DNA from: Candidatus Limnocylindrales bacterium
Lineage (GTDB): Bacteria > Chloroflexota > Limnocylindria > Limnocylindrales > CSP1-4
Assembly: GCA_038328755.1 (NCBI GenBank)
Contig: JBBQMH010000002.1
Span: 12,175-76,174 of the forward strand
Length of the DNA stretch: 64,000 nt
Direction: 5' to 3'
Part shown: piece by piece, positions 9,152-17,917 of the stretch
How the letters are laid out: every line of letters begins with the position of its first letter
Numbering within the stretch: position 1 is the stretch's first letter
The notes under the pieces: generated by a model
Database searches by the model: none
What the model saw: only the letters and a program-made list of their open reading frames with translations
What the model was told of the DNA's origin: nothing
Position numbers and translations under genes: made by a program

Positions 9152-9703
9152 ATGGCCCGAAGGCTCGGGCTTGGTGCTGTCGGCCTGGCCGCCGCGGCGA
9201 TCGCGGCGTGTCAGGCAACAGCCCTGCAACCACCGACTCTGCAACCACCGACCATCATGCGAGCGGGGGTCGCCGCCAGCGTGAGCACTGACGGCTCCTC
9301 GGTCCATATCACCTTCGTTTCCGGGCCGCCCGTGACGCTGTCGCTCGACGGACTTCGGCTCGTGACCGGAGGGGTCGGTGGCGAGCTCGTGATCAGCGGT
9401 TCTGACGCGGACGGCCCGTTCCTGGCAGGCTTCACGACTCAAGATGGGCTCCGGGCCAACTGCTACGTCGACAACGCTCAAGGGATCAATCGCGGTCAAT
9501 ACCTCCAGCTCCGCGGGATCCTCTGGCAGAAGTCACCAGCGATCGACGATCCCGAGAAACCGGGCACCGGCCAGGCGTATCCCGGTGGGACGCGTTTCTG
9601 CTTCGATGAATCGGGGGCAGTCCGGGCGGTGCTGGCGCCCACGGCGTTGCCTCTGGCTTCGTCTCCGGATCCGCCCACGGTGGCGCCCGGATCCTCGGAT
9701 TGA
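9152..9703 (+). CDS. putative lipoprotein
   Basis: ATG at 9152, 5 nt after the previous stop. Signal with lipobox-like AAIAAC (MARRLGLGAVGLAAAAIAACQ). No family recognised. Confidence 0.55.
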   Translation: MARRLGLGAVGLAAAAIAACQATALQPPTLQPPTIMRAGVAASVSTDGSSVHITFVSGPPVTLSLDGLRLVTGGVGGELVISGSDADGPFLAGFTTQDGLRANCYVDNAQGINRGQYLQLRGILWQKSPAIDDPEKPGTGQAYPGGTRFCFDESGAVRAVLAPTALPLASSPDPPTVAPGSSD

Positions 9704-10399
9704 CGGCTTCACGACGACAGCGAAACAGTACTGGTCGTTCGTGTCGGCGGGGAGCCTCTGCGGCACGAACGACTACCCGTTCCAGGCTCGCACGATCGTT
9801 GGTACCTAACGCTGTGGCACCACACAGATTCAACGCCCAGACACTCGCAGCTCTCTTCGCAATTGCGATCGGCCTTTCGCTTGCCGGAGTTCTCTGGGCG
9901 GTCCGCTCGCGAGCGCCACGCGCACGAAGATTGAAACTCACTTGGCCATTGGTGGTGCCGGGTCCTGGGGGACCACACTGCCGAGCTTCGCGAATGGGCC
10001 GGACGCAATCCTGGAGTCCGTCGAGCCGGCGGACGCCCCTGTCGGCCTAGTCGTCCTCGGAATCTCAGCATCTGATCCCCAGGAAGGCGCCGTGGGCACG
10101 GCGGCAACCCATCCGCTGCCATGACTCGAGCTCCGGCCGGTCGCAGGTACCGTGGTGACGTCGCGCAGCGGGGCGTCGCCCTATGTCCAGATTGTCGTCG
10201 GCGTTCGCCTGACGGGCCCCGCGGAAGGTCGGATCAGCGGGCTCCGTGTCCGATACCGAGTCGCTGGCCAGCTCTTCGAGACAGCGCTCGCCGACGAGTA
10301 GATCGTGCAGCCGACTCCCGCGTGAGGATTCCATACCCGGCTCGGTGGGCATGTCTGCTCGTGGTCACGACCGATGCTGGGCCAGCCCCGCGCGAACCC

Positions 10400-10575
10400 G
10401 CCGGGTTCGGGGCTCTCGCGGTCTTGGTCTCGCAGTCCGCCCCGGACGCCGATTTACGCCCTGGCAGTTCTGTACGGGCGTGCTCATCGCCCCGGCAGTC
10501 GTCGAGACTGCGGCACACTGCGTGATGGGGCGAACGGGGCTGCTCGACGTGGTGATCGGGGTGTCCGATCTCTGT
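10400..10575 (+). pseudogene. fragment resembling the N-terminal His-box region of an S1 (trypsin-like) serine protease
   Basis: Frame +1 reads PWQFCTGVLIAPAVVETAAHCVMG, matching the chymotrypsin-family pattern C-G-G-[ST]-L-I...V-[LV]-T-A-A-H-C. No start, Asp or Ser catalytic regions follow, and the surrounding frames are Arg-rich junk. Confidence 0.35.
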
Positions 10576-10606
10576 CAGCGTCCTCGATCATCTCGACCTT
10601 GCAACG

Positions 10607-11149
10607 ATGTTGCGCCCGAGATTCGATCGGGCTCTCGCGCTCGCCCGTCTAAGGCAGCTGGGCATCTCGCCCGATTCGGCTGGGAGCGACCTGTCTGGCG
10701 GCGAGCAGGCCCAGGTCTCGCTCTCAATCGCGCTCGGGACGCACGCCGAGATTCTGCTGCTCGACGAGCCACTCGCAAGCCTCGATCCTCTCGCACGCCG
10801 CGACCTGCTTGAAGTCGTGCGCGATGCAGTTGTGGGCGGTTCATCGACTGTCGTTCTGGCCTCCCACCTCGTAGCAGACGTTGACCAAGCGTGCGACCAG
10901 GTCGTGGTTCTCGGCCGGGGAAGCAAGCTGCTTGATACCTCAATCGCCCATGCTCTGGCGACGCACGCGATAGTCACGACTCCCCTTGTGTCGCCACACG
11001 ACATCGTCGGGCGATCCAGCGGCAGAGCCGGTGAGGCCCTGGTGCTCGTCAACGGCCGCCCAACGGGTAGCGAGCGTGTGCCGACTCTCGAGGAGATCGT
11101 GCTCGGCTATCTCGCGTCTGCACGGGCAGCGCAGGTGGACGAGACATGA
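10607..11149 (+). pseudogene. ABC transporter ATP-binding protein lacking its N-terminal third (no Walker A)
   Basis: The ORF starts just before the ABC signature (LSGGEQAQV) and has Walker B (ILLLDEPLASLD) and an H-loop region (VVLASHL). No Walker A or Q-loop is encoded upstream in any frame. ATGA overlap with the downstream permease. Confidence 0.6.
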
Positions 11150-12072
11150 TCAAACAGAACGCACGGTTGATCCTCAAGTCGCTGCGGTTTGAGGCGTCAG
11201 TTATGGTGGCTGTGAGCTTCCTGCTGGGGGTTCTCCTCCTTGGCGAAGGCTGGCGCCTGCTGTCGCTCAACGTGTCTGCTTGTGCAGACGCGGCGCCACC
11301 CACCGACTGCGCTGTTCGACAAGCCGAGTTCGACGGGCAGTTCATGACCGTGGTCGGCCTCCAGCTTGCGGCGGCGCTTGCCACCGTGTTCGGTGGTCTG
11401 GCCCTTGGGGCTGCGATTGTTGGGCGCGAGATTGAGCGCGGGACCACGTCGCTGGCATGGTCGCTGGCAAGATCGCGGATCCGGTGGCTCCTCGCACGCT
11501 GGCTCGTCGTGGGCCTTGTAATCCTCGCGTTGTCCTACGTCGTGGGCTTGGCCACCGAGCCGATGGCAGTCGCCATGCGAGCCACCGGTCGTGTCGGTGC
11601 CTTCGATGGCATCGAGGTTCGAGCACCGATCCTGGCGCTGCGAGCGGCAGTCGCGTTTACTCTGGCCGTCCTGACAGGCGCGCTCCTCGGGCGCGCGCTG
11701 CCTGGCCTGCTCGTCGCGGCACTCCTCATTCCGTTGCTCGTCCTCGCGGTTGACCAGGGGATGGGAATGTGGCTGCGATCCGAGGCCAGAGCGATTGACA
11801 TCAACGCAGTCAACACCGCGAGGATCACCGATACCGAGTGGCGGGACCTCGGGACCGGTCGCGTACTCAGCCGCCTCGAATACCTGACGATGACTCCTCC
11901 GCCGGGCGCTCCGCCAGATTGGGATACCACGACCTTCGAGCCCATCCCCCTTGGCGTTCCGGACTCAGAGGCAGGGGCATATGTTGCGGTGGAAAGCCTG
12001 CTGCTCGGAGGGGTGGCAGCCGTGCTTTTGAGCGTTGCCTGCGTCGCCGTCGAGCGGCGGAGACCGTACTAG
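11146..12072 (+). CDS. ABC-2-like membrane permease
   Basis: 308-aa polytopic membrane protein with a large first external loop. Translationally coupled to the ATPase remnant. Confidence 0.6.
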   Translation: MIKQNARLILKSLRFEASVMVAVSFLLGVLLLGEGWRLLSLNVSACADAAPPTDCAVRQAEFDGQFMTVVGLQLAAALATVFGGLALGAAIVGREIERGTTSLAWSLARSRIRWLLARWLVVGLVILALSYVVGLATEPMAVAMRATGRVGAFDGIEVRAPILALRAAVAFTLAVLTGALLGRALPGLLVAALLIPLLVLAVDQGMGMWLRSEARAIDINAVNTARITDTEWRDLGTGRVLSRLEYLTMTPPPGAPPDWDTTTFEPIPLGVPDSEAGAYVAVESLLLGGVAAVLLSVACVAVERRRPY

Positions 12073-12282
12073 GCGGACGGCGAACGCCCTTGACTGACAG
12101 CAACTCAGATGTGCCTTGACACTGGGTTCGTAGTACGCACGGAAACCCTCGTCAAGCTGAACCTAGCCCTTGCTGCCCACGTGGAAGCCGGACATCGCGC
12201 GCATGGAAATGGGGCCACTCGATACCCTGACGCTGTTGATGTTGCAGTCGACAGCGGAGGAACGCCCGTGGCCCCGGCGGAT

Positions 12283-12445
12283 AGTTTGGCACGCCTGCGG
12301 AAGGCCCTGATATCGAACCGAGCGTCGGGAGGCGCCCGTGACCCAGCTGTGCCGGGAGGCCGGCATCAGCCGCAGCCGGTTCTATGAGCTCCGGGCTCGC
12401 TATCGGGCCTACGGCGAGGCCGGCCTGCGGCCCAAGCCACGGCGG
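12283..12445 (+). mobile_element. remnant of an IS (IS481/IS3-type) transposase N-terminal helix-turn-helix, frameshifted and truncated
   Basis: Frame 2 reads VTQLCREAGISRSRFYELRARYRAYGEAGLRPKPRR, the typical transposase HTH ending in the P-x-x-R-R motif. Frame 1 just upstream reads SLARLRKALIS. No integrase/DDE core follows before the next gene at 12729. Confidence 0.45.
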
Positions 12446-12728
12446 GGTGGCCAACGTCTTGTGCCGGGCCGGTCGCGGGCGACGCTTGGCCAGCCTCGCC
12501 GCGGCCGAAAGCCTGGCCGCCTCCGAAGGTGGCTCCCTGACCGAGCGGATCCCCGTGAGATCAGATCGATCGAGCGGGCCACGACCGTCCATAATCGCAC
12601 GCAGGGCCGGACACGGGCCAGCGTCTTCTTCAACGAGCAGCCCCAGATTCTGCGGCAGATGGGAGCGTGAGACGATGACCGCCATGACACCTGACCTGTC
12701 CGGCCGGAACGTGGGCCGCAAGGTCTAG

Positions 12729-14162
12729 ATGACAGCCGGCCAGGACGAGCGACCCAGCGCCGCGATCCCCGAGGAGACGTGGGGCGAGGCCCACGAACGC
12801 CTCGTCGCAAGCCTCGTCGAGCTGATCCGGATCCCGACGGTCAATCCGCCCGACCCACCCGGGCCCGAGCTTGAAGCCGCCCGGCTCATCGAAACCTGGC
12901 TGGTCGAGGCCGGGCTCGAGCCGACCGTCTACGAGCCTGTCCCGGGTCGCGGATCCGTCGTCGCCCGACTTCGCGGCGACGGAACAGGCGGAGAGCCGCT
13001 GCTGCTCCTGTCACACCTCGATGTCGTGCCCGCACCCGCGGGTCGCTGGACCCACGATCCGTTCAGCGGCGTGATCGAGAACGGCTATGTCTTCGGCCGC
13101 GGGGCCGTGGATATGAAGGACCTCGTGGCGATGGAGGTCGAGGTCATGCGGCTCCTTGCCGCCGAGACCCGGGCGGGCGGGCGTGATCCTGCTCACGATC
13201 CCGTGCCCGGACTGCGCCGCGACGTGCTGCTCGCGGTCACGGCGGACGAGGAGGCGGGCGGTGTGGACGGCGCCGGCTGGCTGGCGGACCACCATCCAGA
13301 GCACCTCCTCGCGGCCGGTGCCCTCAACGAATCGGGCGCGGTCAGCATCGACGTTGGCGGGCGGCGCCTGTACCCGATCCAGGTCGCCGAGAAGGGCTAC
13401 GCCGCCTATGTGATCACGGTTGAGGGGGCTTGGGGCCACGGATCGATGCCGCGACCCGACAACGCGGCCGTCCTGGCGGCCGACGTCGTCCAGCGACTGT
13501 CCGTTCCCGGAACGCCCTCGATCAGCCCGGTCATGCGCGAGTTCTTCGAGTCCGCCGCGGGTGCGCTCGGTGGCGAGGTCGGGAGCGTCCTCCGGGCGAT
13601 CGCCTCCGGTGACGCAGCACGCGCCGAAGTTGCGATCGACCGACTGTGCACCCCGGTCTACGCCAGGGCCGCTCGCGCCCTGGTGCGCGACACGATCTCC
13701 CCGAACGTCGTCCACGCCGGGATCAAGTACAACGTCATTCCCGGCGAGGCCGTGATCGAACTCGATTGTCGATTGCTGCCGGAGACTGATGAGCCCGCGA
13801 TGCGAGCCGAGATCGAACGGCGCCTGGGGCCGGAACTTCTGACTGCCTGCCGGATCGAGCTGATCACGGCGGCCCCCGCTGTCGTCGCGTCGGCTGATAC
13901 CGAGCTCTATCGGGTCCTGGCCCAGGCGGTCCGGGACCACGACCCGGAAGGTATCCCGATCCCCGTCATGGCCCCGTTCTCGACCGACAACAAGACCCTC
14001 GCCCGGATCGGCGTGCCGGCGTACGGCTTCTCACCCCTTCGACTGGACCCGGGTGAGGCCTACCTCGAGCGCTTCCATGGCGTGGACGAGCGGGTTGGAC
14101 TCGAGGCGCTCCGCTGGGGATTGCCGGTCCTGTACGACGCCGTTCGCCGCTTCTGCGGCTGA
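12729..14162 (+). CDS. M20/M25/M40 family metallopeptidase (ArgE/DapE-like)
   Basis: 477 aa with LLLLSHLDVVPA, WTHDPFSG, GRGAVDMKD and a TADEEAGG metal-ligand region. Confidence 0.85.
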   Translation: MTAGQDERPSAAIPEETWGEAHERLVASLVELIRIPTVNPPDPPGPELEAARLIETWLVEAGLEPTVYEPVPGRGSVVARLRGDGTGGEPLLLLSHLDVVPAPAGRWTHDPFSGVIENGYVFGRGAVDMKDLVAMEVEVMRLLAAETRAGGRDPAHDPVPGLRRDVLLAVTADEEAGGVDGAGWLADHHPEHLLAAGALNESGAVSIDVGGRRLYPIQVAEKGYAAYVITVEGAWGHGSMPRPDNAAVLAADVVQRLSVPGTPSISPVMREFFESAAGALGGEVGSVLRAIASGDAARAEVAIDRLCTPVYARAARALVRDTISPNVVHAGIKYNVIPGEAVIELDCRLLPETDEPAMRAEIERRLGPELLTACRIELITAAPAVVASADTELYRVLAQAVRDHDPEGIPIPVMAPFSTDNKTLARIGVPAYGFSPLRLDPGEAYLERFHGVDERVGLEALRWGLPVLYDAVRRFCG

Positions 14163-14199
14163 TCCGGGGGGCCGGCCGGGCCGAACCCCCCCCCGGATC
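14161..14199. terminator. GC-rich hairpin between convergent genes (bidirectional terminator candidate)
   Basis: GATCCGGGGGG-(loop)-CCCCCCGGATC, 11-bp arms with G and C homopolymer runs. It lies between the stop at 14162 (+) and the stop at 14206 (-). Confidence 0.5.
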
Positions 14200-14205
14200 G
14201 TCGAG

Positions 14206-15255
14206 TCACGCGCCGTCGCGATCGTCAGGCGTGCGCTCGGGAGCCATCGACAGGCGCCTGCGCGACACGGCAAGGACGCCAGCGGCCGCGGTAACCGCCA
14301 GGATCGCGAGGACGAGGGTCGGGGCCCCGGGTATCGTGCCGCTCGATTCAACCGTCGCCGTCGGAGGCAGCGTGGTGGCCGCCGTCGGAGGCGGCGTAGG
14401 GGCAGCTGCCACAGTCACCGCGAGCTGGCCTCGAAGCTCACCGCCCGGATTGGCGGCAGTGTGAATGTTGACGTAGGTACCGCCGGCGGCGATCGCGGCC
14501 ACGGCGCCTGCCATGTCGGCCACGCTTCCGGTCGGCATCAGGTCAGCGGAGGTCAGTGTCCCGGTCATCGGGCTGGGCCCGACGGCGAGCGGGAGCATGA
14601 CTCCACCGTTGGCTCCAACGTTGCCGAGATGAATGTGTGCCGCGGCCGCCGCCCCTGACAGACCGCTGTAGGCGACGTAGTAGGTGATGGTCGATCCATC
14701 GGCGCTGATGACGACCCAGGTATTGCCGGATGCCGATGTCGCGACGCCCGGTACCTCCTGGCTACCGGATAGCGAGCCGACGTGGGCATTGCCCTTCGAG
14801 ACGACCTGGCCTCGGATCTCGCCGCTGGGATTGGCGGCGGTGTGGAGGTTGGTGTAGGTATTGCCGGCCTTGATCGCGGCGACCGCCTCGGCGAATGTCG
14901 TGATCGCGCCACTGGGCGTGAAATTGGCCGCGGTGAGTGTGCCGACCATCGGGCTGGCCGACGCGACCAGCGGCAGGATCACGCCGCCGTTGACGCCGAC
15001 GGCGCCGGTGTGGATGTGGGCCGCGGCAAGGGCACCGGACAGGCCGCTGTACTCGACGATGTACCAGATGGTCGCGCCGTCGGCGGAGATGACCACCGTG
15101 GCCTCGCCGGTCGCGGCCGTGGCGACAGGCCCCACCTCCTGCGCTCCACCGATGGGACCGCCGAACGCGGCGGTCGGAGGATTTGCCGCAAGGGCCAGGG
15201 GCGCGGTCGCCAGGAGCGCGGCGATGGCGACGATGAGAGAGAGACGGGCACGCAT
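14206..15255 (-). CDS. secreted, C-terminally anchored protein with two CHRD domains
   Basis: Start at the internal ATG 15255 after GGAGGA. Signal MRARLSLIVAIAALLATAPLALA. Two repeats carry the CHRD signature (LSGALAAAHIHTGAVGVNGGVILPL, LSGAAAAAHIHLGNVGANGGVMLPL; NLHTAANPSGEIRGQ, NIHTAANPGGELRGQ). Pro/Thr linker, then a TM helix plus RRR at the C-terminus. Confidence 0.8.
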   Translation of the reverse strand: MRARLSLIVAIAALLATAPLALAANPPTAAFGGPIGGAQEVGPVATAATGEATVVISADGATIWYIVEYSGLSGALAAAHIHTGAVGVNGGVILPLVASASPMVGTLTAANFTPSGAITTFAEAVAAIKAGNTYTNLHTAANPSGEIRGQVVSKGNAHVGSLSGSQEVPGVATSASGNTWVVISADGSTITYYVAYSGLSGAAAAAHIHLGNVGANGGVMLPLAVGPSPMTGTLTSADLMPTGSVADMAGAVAAIAAGGTYVNIHTAANPGGELRGQLAVTVAAAPTPPPTAATTLPPTATVESSGTIPGAPTLVLAILAVTAAAGVLAVSRRRLSMAPERTPDDRDGA

Positions 15256-15381
15256 TCGATTCCTCCTCTGGTCGGTCCATGGGCCTCTGGATCGTGCCGC
15301 AGGCTCGACACCCACCTATACGCCGTGCGTCCCGGATTGGATTTCTGAGATCCGGCGACCACGGGCGGGCGTATACAGGTC

Positions 15382-16164
15382 ATGACCGCATCACGCGCCT
15401 TCGGCCGCTCGATCCGACGGCCCCATCATTTCTTCGCGACGGGGATCGCTGGCGCGGTCGTCCTGCTCATGGCGGCCGCTGGCGCCTCGGCCGCGACCTA
15501 CACCGTTCAGGCCGGGAACTACGAGTTCGTCGCGCCCGGCGGAGGGTCATCGATCACGATAGCCGTGGGTGACAAGATCACGTGGGTGGCAAGCGGAGAC
15601 CCGCACACCGTCACCAGCGGTGCGCCCGGTTCGATCAACAACCGGTTCCTCGATCACCCCGCATCGGTCGGTTTTCTCATCAGCGGGGACACGTTCACCG
15701 CGACGTTCTCGTCGAGCGGGACCTTCCCGTACTTCTGCGAGGTTCACCCCGAGCAGATGTCCGGCGTCGTCAAGGTCGTGCCCGCCGGGTCGACCACTCC
15801 CGCTCCGACCGTCAGGGCCACTCCACGACCGACGCCCCGGCCGTCGAAGCCACCAACGCCCGTGCCGACCGCGACCGCGCCGGCGCTACCCGGGCCGTCG
15901 CCGAGCCCAACCGAGGCTCCATCTGCCAAGCCCCAGCCAAGCGCGTCCCTGACTGCACCCGGCCCATCGGTGCCGCAAGGATCCACGACCCCATCGGGCC
16001 CGGATGGCTCGCCGGCGTCTGGCTCGCCGGCGTTGAGGCCGACGCCCGCCGCCGAGGCGGCCGAAGACAGCACGGGTCCGGGCATCATCATCGTCGGGCT
16101 CCTGGCGGGTGCCCTCGCGGTTGCCCTCATGATTCGATCCCGGCGAGGCGCCGGCATCCGCTGA
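15382..16164 (+). CDS. plastocyanin/pseudoazurin-like blue copper protein with a C-terminal membrane anchor
   Basis: N-terminal RR-containing signal (SIRRPHHFFATGIAGAVVLLMAAAGASA). Cupredoxin ligands GDPHTV ... YFCEVHPEQM. Long Pro/Ser/Thr linker, a TM helix (IIIVGLLAGALAVALMI) and RSRR. Confidence 0.8.
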   Translation: MTASRAFGRSIRRPHHFFATGIAGAVVLLMAAAGASAATYTVQAGNYEFVAPGGGSSITIAVGDKITWVASGDPHTVTSGAPGSINNRFLDHPASVGFLISGDTFTATFSSSGTFPYFCEVHPEQMSGVVKVVPAGSTTPAPTVRATPRPTPRPSKPPTPVPTATAPALPGPSPSPTEAPSAKPQPSASLTAPGPSVPQGSTTPSGPDGSPASGSPALRPTPAAEAAEDSTGPGIIIVGLLAGALAVALMIRSRRGAGIR

Positions 16165-16165
16165 C

Positions 16166-16753
16166 CTACTCGGACGTTCGGGCTGTTCGGATGAGGCGAC
16201 CCCGGCGGGAGATGGCGTGGGTCGCGAGCGACGCGACACCCATCGCCACGAGGGCGCGCTCGGCGGTCGGCAGAGGCCGAACCGCGGTCAGGAACTGATC
16301 AGCCCGGGCCCGGTCGACGACCCGCAGGAGGGCGTGGCCACGCTGGGTCAGCACGAGCAGCCGCTGGCGTCGATCCTCGGGCTCCTCCTGCCGTTCGACC
16401 AGGCGCCGATGAACGAGTCCATCGACGAGCCGACTCGTGGCGGACGGCGACCGCGCCAGCGCTTCGGCCAGGTCCCCGATCGTCGTTGCGGTGCCCTCCG
16501 CCAGGACGTACAGGGCGGCAAGCTGCGTGAAGCCAAGTCGAAGCTCGCCGAGCTGGGACGCAAACCCGATCACGAGTTCCCGCCACAGCGCGCGGCCCAT
16601 CGCGACGCGCTCCGAGATCTGGCGGACGTTCGGGCTGCGCGGACCTGATGCGAGAGCCGAGGACCCAAGATCCGCCTCGAAGCGGCGGGCAATGGCCCGG
16701 ACACTCACGGCTCGGGTCCGGCGTCTGGGTTCAACGGGCAGGGTCATGCGCAC
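16166..16753 (-). CDS. MarR family transcriptional regulator
   Basis: Winged-HTH core (LGFTQLAALYVLAEGTATTIGDLAEALARSPSATSRLVDGLVHRRLVERQEEPEDRRQRLLVLTQRGHALL). Start uncertain (GTG 16753 or a downstream ATG). Confidence 0.8.
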   Translation of the reverse strand: MRMTLPVEPRRRTRAVSVRAIARRFEADLGSSALASGPRSPNVRQISERVAMGRALWRELVIGFASQLGELRLGFTQLAALYVLAEGTATTIGDLAEALARSPSATSRLVDGLVHRRLVERQEEPEDRRQRLLVLTQRGHALLRVVDRARADQFLTAVRPLPTAERALVAMGVASLATHAISRRGRLIRTARTSE

Positions 16754-16781
16754 CCATCGTACCGCGGCCCATCCCAGGTCG

Positions 16782-16797
16782 CATGCATTAGTGCATG
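16782..16797. promoter_or_regulatory. AT-richer palindrome in the divergent MarR/fabD intergenic region, candidate operator
   Basis: CATGCA-TTAG-TGCATG has perfect 6-bp arms. It stands out from the GC-rich surroundings and lies between the divergent regulator and the fabD operon. Confidence 0.3.
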
Positions 16798-16895
16798 GAC
16801 TTCACGCTCATGGTCTCCTGGTCGGGGCACTATTGGAGCCACCGTCGCCCGGCGGCGTTCCGTCGCGCCAGCCGGCCGGCCACTCGCAGGAGATC

Positions 16896-17864
16896 ATGAA
16901 CCAGGTCGCATTCATCTTCCCGGGCCAGGGCTCGCAGGCCGTCGGCATGGGCCAGGCACTTGCGGAATCATCACCCGCCGCGGCGGCGGTCTTCGCGGCG
17001 GCCGATGCCGCGCTCGGCGGCTCCATCAGCAGCCTCGCCTGGAACGGGCCCGAGGCGGACCTCAACCAGACCGAGAACGCCCAGCCGGCACTCCTGGCCG
17101 CATCGATCGCCTACCTTGAGGCGCTTCGTGAGCGCTGGACCGGTCTCGGTGTGCCAGAGCCGGTCCCGGCATACATGGCCGGCCACTCCATGGGCCAGTA
17201 CACGGCGATGGTCGCCGCCGGCGTGATCTCGCTGGCCGACGGTGTCCGACTCGTCCGCGAACGCGGCCGTCAGATGCAGGCGTCGGGGCAGGGCCGCGAT
17301 GGGGCGATGGCCGCCATCATCGGCCTCGATGACGCCGCGCTTCCCGAGCTGATCAGCCGCGCCGCGACGAGCGGCACGTTCGGCGTCGCGAACCGGAACG
17401 CTCCCGGCCAGGTGGTCGTATCCGGCGACCGATCGGCGATCGAGGCCGGGGCCGAGATCGCCCGGACCCTCGGTGCGAAGCGCGCCATCGTCCTGCCGGT
17501 GAGTGTCGCGGCGCACTCCCCGTTGATGATCGAGGCTGCCGCTGCGATGCGCCGAATCCTCGCCGACGTCGCGTTCTCGGATCCGGTGGTCCCCCTCCTC
17601 GCCAACGCGGATGGACACGTCCTCGATACGGCCGAAGCCTGCCGCGCCGAACTCGTGGAACACCTGACCGCCGGGGTCGACTGGATCCGGGTCGTCGAGA
17701 TCATGGCCGCGGCGGGTGTCGACGCATTCGTGGAGGTCGGGCCTGGACGCGTCCTGACCGGACTCACGAAGCGGATCGCCACGGAGGCCCTTGTCTTCGC
17801 CCTCGATGACCCCGGAGCACCAGGCCGACTGGCAACGCCGGACCTGGCGACCACCATCCAATGA
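16896..17864 (+). CDS. fabD: malonyl-CoA:ACP transacylase
   Basis: Internal ATG at 16896. MNQVAFIFPGQGSQAVGMG, active-site GHSMGQY, and NAPGQVVVSG. The long 16437 ORF start is antisense to MarR and not protein-like. Confidence 0.9.
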   Translation: MNQVAFIFPGQGSQAVGMGQALAESSPAAAAVFAAADAALGGSISSLAWNGPEADLNQTENAQPALLAASIAYLEALRERWTGLGVPEPVPAYMAGHSMGQYTAMVAAGVISLADGVRLVRERGRQMQASGQGRDGAMAAIIGLDDAALPELISRAATSGTFGVANRNAPGQVVVSGDRSAIEAGAEIARTLGAKRAIVLPVSVAAHSPLMIEAAAAMRRILADVAFSDPVVPLLANADGHVLDTAEACRAELVEHLTAGVDWIRVVEIMAAAGVDAFVEVGPGRVLTGLTKRIATEALVFALDDPGAPGRLATPDLATTIQ

Positions 17865-17917
17865 ACCCCCGCGACTCCGCGAGCCGCTGACCGACCCGCA
17901 TCAAGGAGCCCAGCATC

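Noticed and set aside
9700-10124. ORFs 9700-10050 and 9942-10124 as possible genes (one has a hydrophobic stretch, TLAALFAIAIGLSLAGVLWAV)
   Set aside because: The remainder is Arg/Ser/Pro-rich. The frames overlap each other and antisense ORFs, there is no RBS, and no motif is present. I treated them as part of the decayed region.
15790-16060. Pro/Ser/Thr/Ala-rich stretch (a similar one lies at about 57540-57810) as a possible tandem DNA repeat or CRISPR-like array
   Set aside because: There is no regular nucleotide periodicity or conserved repeat unit. These are low-complexity linker or tail regions inside good ORFs.
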